Positions 58,201 through 64,000 of a stretch of DNA of 64,000 nt are shown piece by piece (within the stretch, counting starts at the first letter, position 1; each line of letters starts with the position of its first letter). The notes below the pieces were generated by a model that was given only the letters and a program-made list of their open reading frames with translations, was not told the origin of the DNA and searched no databases. The stretch lies in the IMG/VR virus record IMGVR_UViG_3300030114_000522. One strand, written 5' to 3'. The DNA comes from a virus. The translations under genes were made by a program, and so were the position numbers.

Positions 58201-61200
58201 ATTTATCTTGCGTTTCTTTTTTTAAATTCATTAGTCTTTCTAATTCAGCTTGGTCTTTTTTAATTTTATCTAAATTAGTTGAGGCACCTTTTGTATCACC
58301 ATTTTTAAGACTCTCATTTACACCATCTAGTGCAGTTTTTAGGTCATTAGATTGCTTTGCTAAACTTGCTTCATGTTGTTGGTATGAAACCATACCGTAT
58401 ACTACCATTGCTAATGCACCTGCTAAAGCTGATAATAATAAACCTAAAGGCGTTAACATAAAAGCAACTGCTGATGCTGTAGCGCCTTTTATACTAGTTC
58501 CGACTAAACCAAATGCAGTAGCTAATCCCGTTGCTCCATCTTCTAAAGCAATCATTCCTGATGCTATTCCCATAAATTTAGTTAGTCCAGTTACGATTCC
58601 ACCCTCAGTAGTTAATAACATTAATTCTTTATTAATTTTAGATAATTTAGTCATGACTAGAACTAATGAACCTATTGTTGCTATATATGCTATTGTTTTT
58701 CCATCAACATTTGATAATACATTTACTAGTTGAGTTGCTTCTGTAACAAAATATTTTAAAGAATCAGAAGACATTATTTTTTCATATAGTCCTTCAAATG
58801 ACCTTTTTAAATCATTTACTTTTGCGTCTAATGAACCATTGTAGGCTTCGTCCATCATTTTCTTTGCAGAGCCAGCAGATTCTCCTACTTGTTTTTGATG
58901 GATATTCAAAGTATCCATATTTTCCATTAATCCCATTAATGTTTCTCTTTGCCTTGTGCATTTACTTTTATTTATAAACGTTACTTTATAAATGTGATTA
59001 TTTAATCACCACTCTCTTTCAAGACGTTAATAAGACTATTTCTTCACCTTCATCTATTTATTTAATTAAATAATGTTAAGGGCATATCTTTTCCACTATC
59101 AATAACTTATAGTGTACTCCCTGTCGGGATAGTCGTTCAACACATTCCTATTCGGAACTTCGCTACCAAATTTCCATTATATTATTTATTTTATTAAATA
59201 ATCAACCACTTAGGATTTAACCATATAGTCATACCTTACGTTTTTAATAGTTTCCCACATTCACACTTGCCCATATTTCATAGCTATGTTGTAGTGTAAG
59301 GTCTTTAGGGTTTACTGGTTTTAGATATGTGTCCTATGCACATTTCTGTACATACGGGGCAGATTTACCCGCTAAAGCTTGAATTCCAGCCAAATAATCA
59401 ACTTGGCTTAGTTGTCCACTTTTAAATTTTGTCATAAATTGTTGCAAAACATCATCAAATTCTTTAAATTGTCCTTTATTAGTTCTAATTGATATTCCGA
59501 TACGATTCATTGCTAATTCTGTATCATTAATTGATTTCCCTTCATCATCTAATCGACCAAGTTTGATGTTACTATATCGTGAGTAGATTGTTTTAAAACT
59601 TTCACCTCATTTATATATTCATATAGGCTCGTTAACTCCTATACCGTTCTCTAATGAACTGCTTATGATTTCCCATAAGATTAGACTATATCACTCTCCT
59701 AGATTTAATAGGAGACTCACCATTTCCATTCACTTGAATGTACTCCATTACTGGATAGTCGTTAGGCTTTTATGATTAAAATTACTTTTAATTAATTTAG
59801 CACGGTAGGTTAGCATATTACTTTAGCAACTTAGCCTTCCCCGTATTAAGCGAGTTATTCGAAATGGATTACTCCATTAAGCCACAAGTTTGTAGTTTAT
59901 GGTTTCGGCACTTTTTCTTGTTTTTTCTGATACTGTCGTAATATATGCTACAAGATTACCTAATGGTGTTCCTGCTTCTTGGGCACTAAAAGCAGTTCTT
60001 TGTATTGCAGATGCTATTTCTTTAAATGAACTAGCCGAAACATTATCCATTTTAGATATCATATCTACAACGCCTTGCATACTTTCACCTGTCATATTAA
60101 AGGCATTTTTAATAGCAATTAATTGTTGAGTTACTTCTTCCGTAGACTGTCCAGAAACTTTAGAACCTATAATAGATGAAGACATCAGAGCTTCTCCTTC
60201 TTTTCCATCTATACCAGCTCTAGTAATTTCTTCCATACCTGTCATCATTTCAGTATTAGTAGTATGTAATTCCGCTCCTAATTGTTTATATTGAGTTACC
60301 ATTCCACTAATTTCAGATTTAGACTTTCCTGTAATCATTTGCATATTTGTGAGAGACTTATTCATGGTTAAAGTGTATTCACTAGCATCTTTAAACTGAT
60401 TTGCTATACCCCATATAACTTGTTGGATTCCATAAAACATTCCAATTTTACTTAAAAAATTAGTCATATTCCCGAAGAATCCGTTACTATTTATTCCTTT
60501 TAATGAATTATCTAATTGTTTAGTTTCATTATTAGTTTGTTCCATAGAAGTTTTTACAGTACCTAAACTATTTTTTATCCCTGTAAAATTAACTCCATCT
60601 ACTTGTTTTAGTTCTGCTAATAATTTTTTTAACTCTTGTTCTGTAGATTCTATAAATCCACTGGGTAATTTCTCTGCAAAAGTTTGTTTCATTTTCTCTA
60701 CTTTTATATGAGCTTCTTCTATTTGCTTGGTCAGATTAGATACAGTAGTTTCCCTACTAGTACTAGTTCCGATAGAACTTAATGCACTATTAATTTCTTT
60801 TAAAGTTGACGCACTTTTAGTCATTTGTTCTAATTTACTAATTTCAGAATTACTAATTATTCCATTTGATTTAAGAACATTAATTGATTGATACGCCTGT
60901 TCTTGCTTTTGTAATAATTCTTGTTCTTGTTGTAATTGTTTTACATTATCAGAATCACCTTTAACTTGTCTTTTTTGGTCTGATTCAACTAATTTATTAC
61001 TTAATTCAACTTCTTTTTGTAATTGTTGAATACGTTCCTGTTCTTGCTTTTGTAGATTTTGTTCTTCTACTTCTAATATTTTTACTTGGTTTAATAAATT
61101 TTTTAATTCATTATCAGAACCTATATTAGTTGTTGAAAGTCCATTTTGTAAATCCCCAATTTTATCTTTGTTTATGACTCCATTAGAAGACATCTTGTTT

Positions 61201-61676
61201 AATTTTTCTTGCGCATTTGCTATATCATTTAAAGCTTTTGTAATTTTGGTATAATTAGTAATTATAGTAGGTGCAATATCTGATTTAGTACCATCCTTAT
61301 TTAACATATCAATTTCTTTTCTTACTTGTCCAATACCTTGTGCTATTTCAGAAAAAGCTTTTATACTTCCATCTTTATAAGTGGTTATTGATTGTTTTTG
61401 TAATTCTCCATTAAGATTACCCATGCTTTCAACTGCACTATTTATTGTTTTATCTATATCTCCTAATGATATATTCCCCCCTAAACTAGATTTGAATTTA
61501 CTAGCTAAAGAAGTTAAAGTTTCTAATTGTCTTGCTACATTTGAGTCTTTAATATTAATATCTAAATCTATTTTTGTATTATTTAATGTTTCTATTAGAG
61601 TTTTTAGTTTACCATCTATATCTTTAGCACTCTCTAACTGTACTCCGAGTCTAATAGAGTTTTTATATTCAGCCAT
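55286..61676 (-). CDS. tail tape measure protein split by two group I introns (exons 61676-59899, 59607-59367, about 58957-55286; about 1895 aa)
   Basis: TP901-type core across junctions: TRKSAETI/GESFKTIYSRY...QALAG/(TR)QRETLMGLMEN; long coiled coil. Confidence 0.88.
58959..59366 (-). ncRNA. ORF-less group I intron, about 408 nt (second tape measure intron; exact junction uncertain)
   Basis: P1 GGGU/GCCC, P3 CAUAUCU/AGAUAUG, P7 GACUAU/AUAGUC, ends near AAAUG. Confidence 0.8.
59608..59898 (-). ncRNA. ORF-less group I intron, 291 nt, copy B
   Basis: About 90% identical to 27105-27395; removal gives AT+A (Ile) and an open middle exon. Confidence 0.9.
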
Positions 61677-61735
61677 TTATTCAATTCCTCCCTTTTTTTG
61701 CAATAAAAAAGAGAGTGTATAATAAATACGCTCCC

Positions 61736-62326
61736 TTACTTTTTGGATTTTTTAGTATATTGTCTTTTAGGTTTATTTTCTTTTTTCATTTTATCAAATA
61801 TATTTTGTTGAAATTCTTCTGTAACTTCTTTATCACCTTGTTGTAATTTAATTAGTTTTTCTTGGTCTAATCCTAAATCGGCTAAAGTTTTATTAATATT
61901 TATATTTGATTTAAAAGCTTCTTTCATTTCTATTAATTTATTATTCATAATATCTAATTTCCTTATATCGTTTAATCTTAAATCCTGTGTTATTTCTAAC
62001 ATAATATCCATTAATGTATTAATAACTAATTTAAAATCTCCATCTGAATAATTTAATATATTATCAAGTTCAATATCATCAATACTATTCCAATATATTC
62101 TATCTTCAACATTTGTTAAATCTATTAACATCTCTCTAGCTATTTTAACTGTATTATTTATTTGAATATCCGACATACCATCTTCTTGTACAGTATTTGA
62201 ATTATCTCTAATCATTTGAGATATTTTATCATAACTATTTTTTATATGTTGTGGATTATATACTTCTAACTCTCCAAATTTAGCTTTTAATTTATTTTTA
62301 ATATATTTCTCTTCTAATTTAATCAT
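61736..62326 (-). CDS. hypothetical protein upstream of tape measure (tail chaperone position)
   Basis: 196 aa, SD AAGGAG; function inferred from position only. Confidence 0.6.
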   Translation of the reverse strand: MIKLEEKYIKNKLKAKFGELEVYNPQHIKNSYDKISQMIRDNSNTVQEDGMSDIQINNTVKIAREMLIDLTNVEDRIYWNSIDDIELDNILNYSDGDFKLVINTLMDIMLEITQDLRLNDIRKLDIMNNKLIEMKEAFKSNININKTLADLGLDQEKLIKLQQGDKEVTEEFQQNIFDKMKKENKPKRQYTKKSKK

Positions 62327-62342
62327 GTAATTTTCTCTCCTT

Positions 62343-63701
62343 TTATATTGCTTGATTTAATTTAGCATTATCTTGAATTTCTTTTATTTGTTCTTCTGTA
62401 AGGTCGGAGGTAAATTTAAATCTATGACCTTTATAGTGTGTTCTTTCACCTCGACAAACTCTTGAAATTCCATTCCTATTTAATATCTCATCAAATATAT
62501 TTACACTTTTTCTTTCATATTCTGCTGAATTTTTAATTATTATTCCATTATCTATACATATTATTTCTTTACCTAACTTAATGCTACTTAATAAACCTGC
62601 TTTTTGTCCACTTCTTTTCATTTCTTCTTTTGGATTATAATAGCATAAACTCATCTCAGATGCTTGTTTTATATAAGTTCTTACTGCACCTGTCCCTAAA
62701 TTAGTTAAAATTACAATATCATTAATTGTCATATTAGGATTTTCATTTTTTATTTGTGATATATATTGAATAATATCCTTACATGCATATTCATGACATT
62801 TTAACCAATCAATCTTACTCAAATCAAATAGTTCATTCAGTCTACTATTTAAAATATGTTCTTTTATCCATTCTAATTCAGATTTTCTACAATCTATAAT
62901 AATGTAATTTTCTTCTTTGATTCCATTAGCTAATGCTAGTGCTTTCTTTAATCTATCATTTTCTTGTTCTTCTTTGAGATTTTTTGACCTTATATTTTGG
63001 AATCCTTCTTCATAATGTTGGTTTCCATGTATTTCCATTAAAATATTATAATCATTTATGTGGAAATCGTATCTTTTGTCACCACATATTTTAATATTTT
63101 TATGGCTAATATCCTTTGACCAATTAAATGTATTTTCTTTTATAAAATTAACAGATAATTGTTGTAAAACATTAAACATAAATTTTTCGCCATATGAGTT
63201 TCCCTTGTTATAACAATTTGGGCACTTAAATCCATCTCTATTTATAATGTGATTTTCAGTTCTTTCATACGTATGGTCACAATTTTTGCATTTAATTTTA
63301 TATCCTTTATGATTAGCTTTTCCAATCCTTAATTGTTTTAATATTATACCTTTTCCAAAATCATCTTTTATAATTTTGTCAATATTAAATCTATATTCCT
63401 TTATATATTTCCCAAACATAGCACCAAGTTGACATTTTTTCAAATTTCCACTTAAAATATCTATTGTTAAATTATTATATTCTAATGTAATTTTTTTATT
63501 ATATTCTGTTATTTTCATATACCCTTGAATTTTATCATAAATAAAATAAAAATAGTAGTCTTTTGTATTTGACCAATCTATTCCCTGTTTAATTTTAGGT
63601 AAATTTTCTAAAAATACTTTTTTACACTTTCCATTTTCAATTAATTCTTTATTCTCTTCTTTAAACTTTTCAATAATATTTAAATATTCATCATTTTTCA
63701 T
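62343..63701 (-). CDS. free-standing PD-(D/E)XK endonuclease with NUMOD-like C-terminus
   Basis: CPNC..SYGEK, RYDF, MEIHGNQHY, ISRVCRG....KGHRFKF. Confidence 0.75.
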   Translation of the reverse strand: MKNDEYLNIIEKFKEENKELIENGKCKKVFLENLPKIKQGIDWSNTKDYYFYFIYDKIQGYMKITEYNKKITLEYNNLTIDILSGNLKKCQLGAMFGKYIKEYRFNIDKIIKDDFGKGIILKQLRIGKANHKGYKIKCKNCDHTYERTENHIINRDGFKCPNCYNKGNSYGEKFMFNVLQQLSVNFIKENTFNWSKDISHKNIKICGDKRYDFHINDYNILMEIHGNQHYEEGFQNIRSKNLKEEQENDRLKKALALANGIKEENYIIIDCRKSELEWIKEHILNSRLNELFDLSKIDWLKCHEYACKDIIQYISQIKNENPNMTINDIVILTNLGTGAVRTYIKQASEMSLCYYNPKEEMKRSGQKAGLLSSIKLGKEIICIDNGIIIKNSAEYERKSVNIFDEILNRNGISRVCRGERTHYKGHRFKFTSDLTEEQIKEIQDNAKLNQAI

Positions 63702-63709
63702 AATAAATT

Positions 63710-63812
63710 CCTCCGATACATATTTAATTTATTTCCGAATTATTTAAAAATAGAAACAGGGAGTTCGGATACTCCTTTTCGATACGGTTTATAACTCCTT
63801 ATCTAGTTCCTA
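63710..63812 (-). ncRNA. candidate structured leader of the endonuclease gene
   Basis: Three-way junction; loop AUCCGA complementary to UCGGA at 63738-63734 and 63716-63712 (overlaps SD). Confidence 0.45.
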
Positions 63813-63862
63813 CAATATATATTATAAAGTATTTCTACTATTATAACCATAACTAAAACGCC

Positions 63863-64000
63863 CTAACATTCCTCAATAACTTCCATAGTGAATCTTTTAT
63901 TCCCATCTCCAACCTTAAAAATTACATTTATTCTACTCTTATCTTCAATGCCATAATCTATGTATACACAACTTATAAAATCTTTTTCTAACCGCCCAAC
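63863..64000 (-). CDS. 3' end of a hypothetical gene entering from beyond the window
   Basis: Open frame VGRLEKDF...VIEEC ending TAG. Confidence 0.45.
   Translation of the reverse strand, partial: VGRLEKDFISCVYIDYGIEDKSRINVIFKVGDGNKRFTMEVIEEC

Noticed and set aside
27105-59898. Twin 291-nt repeats as an IS/MITE, IStron or DGR template/variable pair
   Set aside because: No terminal inverted repeats, target duplication, transposase/TnpB or reverse transcriptase in the window; differences are compensatory, not adenine-specific.
36234-61722. Short plus-strand ORFs within tail genes
   Set aside because: Antisense to long structural ORFs; no independent support.
1-64000. CRISPR array, tRNA or rRNA genes
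   Set aside because: No regularly spaced repeat-spacer run and no tRNA/rRNA consensus seen by eye; a tRNAscan run would be needed to exclude atypical tRNAs.

Overview
Very AT-rich 64 kb segment of a large temperate, SPbeta/c-st-like phage or prophage. Choline-binding repeat proteins and a GH25 lysin suggest a Clostridium host (inference). The left arm (+, 1-25.9 kb) carries DNA metabolism genes: a RecD2-like helicase, two-subunit type IIA topoisomerase, class III RNR with FTR-like and glutaredoxin-like partners, two methyltransferases, dUTPase, NAD-dependent ligase, a ThyX-like protein and many small ORFs. The right arm (-, 26.2-64 kb) carries the tape measure, tail/baseplate, lysis genes, two tyrosine recombinases, a RusA-like resolvase, free-standing endonucleases and morons. 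Four group I introns can be read from the sequence: one HNH-carrying intron in nrdD, one in a tyrosine recombinase and two in the tape measure gene. The main result is that the same 291-nt ORF-less intron (about 90% identical by hand count, with compensatory changes) sits in two unrelated genes 32 kb apart. Both copies follow AAACCAT but in different codon phases, which suggests guide-sequence-directed spread. In the recombinase the intron separates the catalytic Tyr from the rest of the enzyme. Other signals are a motif at exactly fixed spacing upstream of six sigma-A promoters, two structured leader RNAs with loop-to-downstream complementarity, ORF-less promoter-terminator units, and a possible ferredoxin-to-RNR redox module. 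All structures and family calls were made by eye; no searches or folding programs were run.
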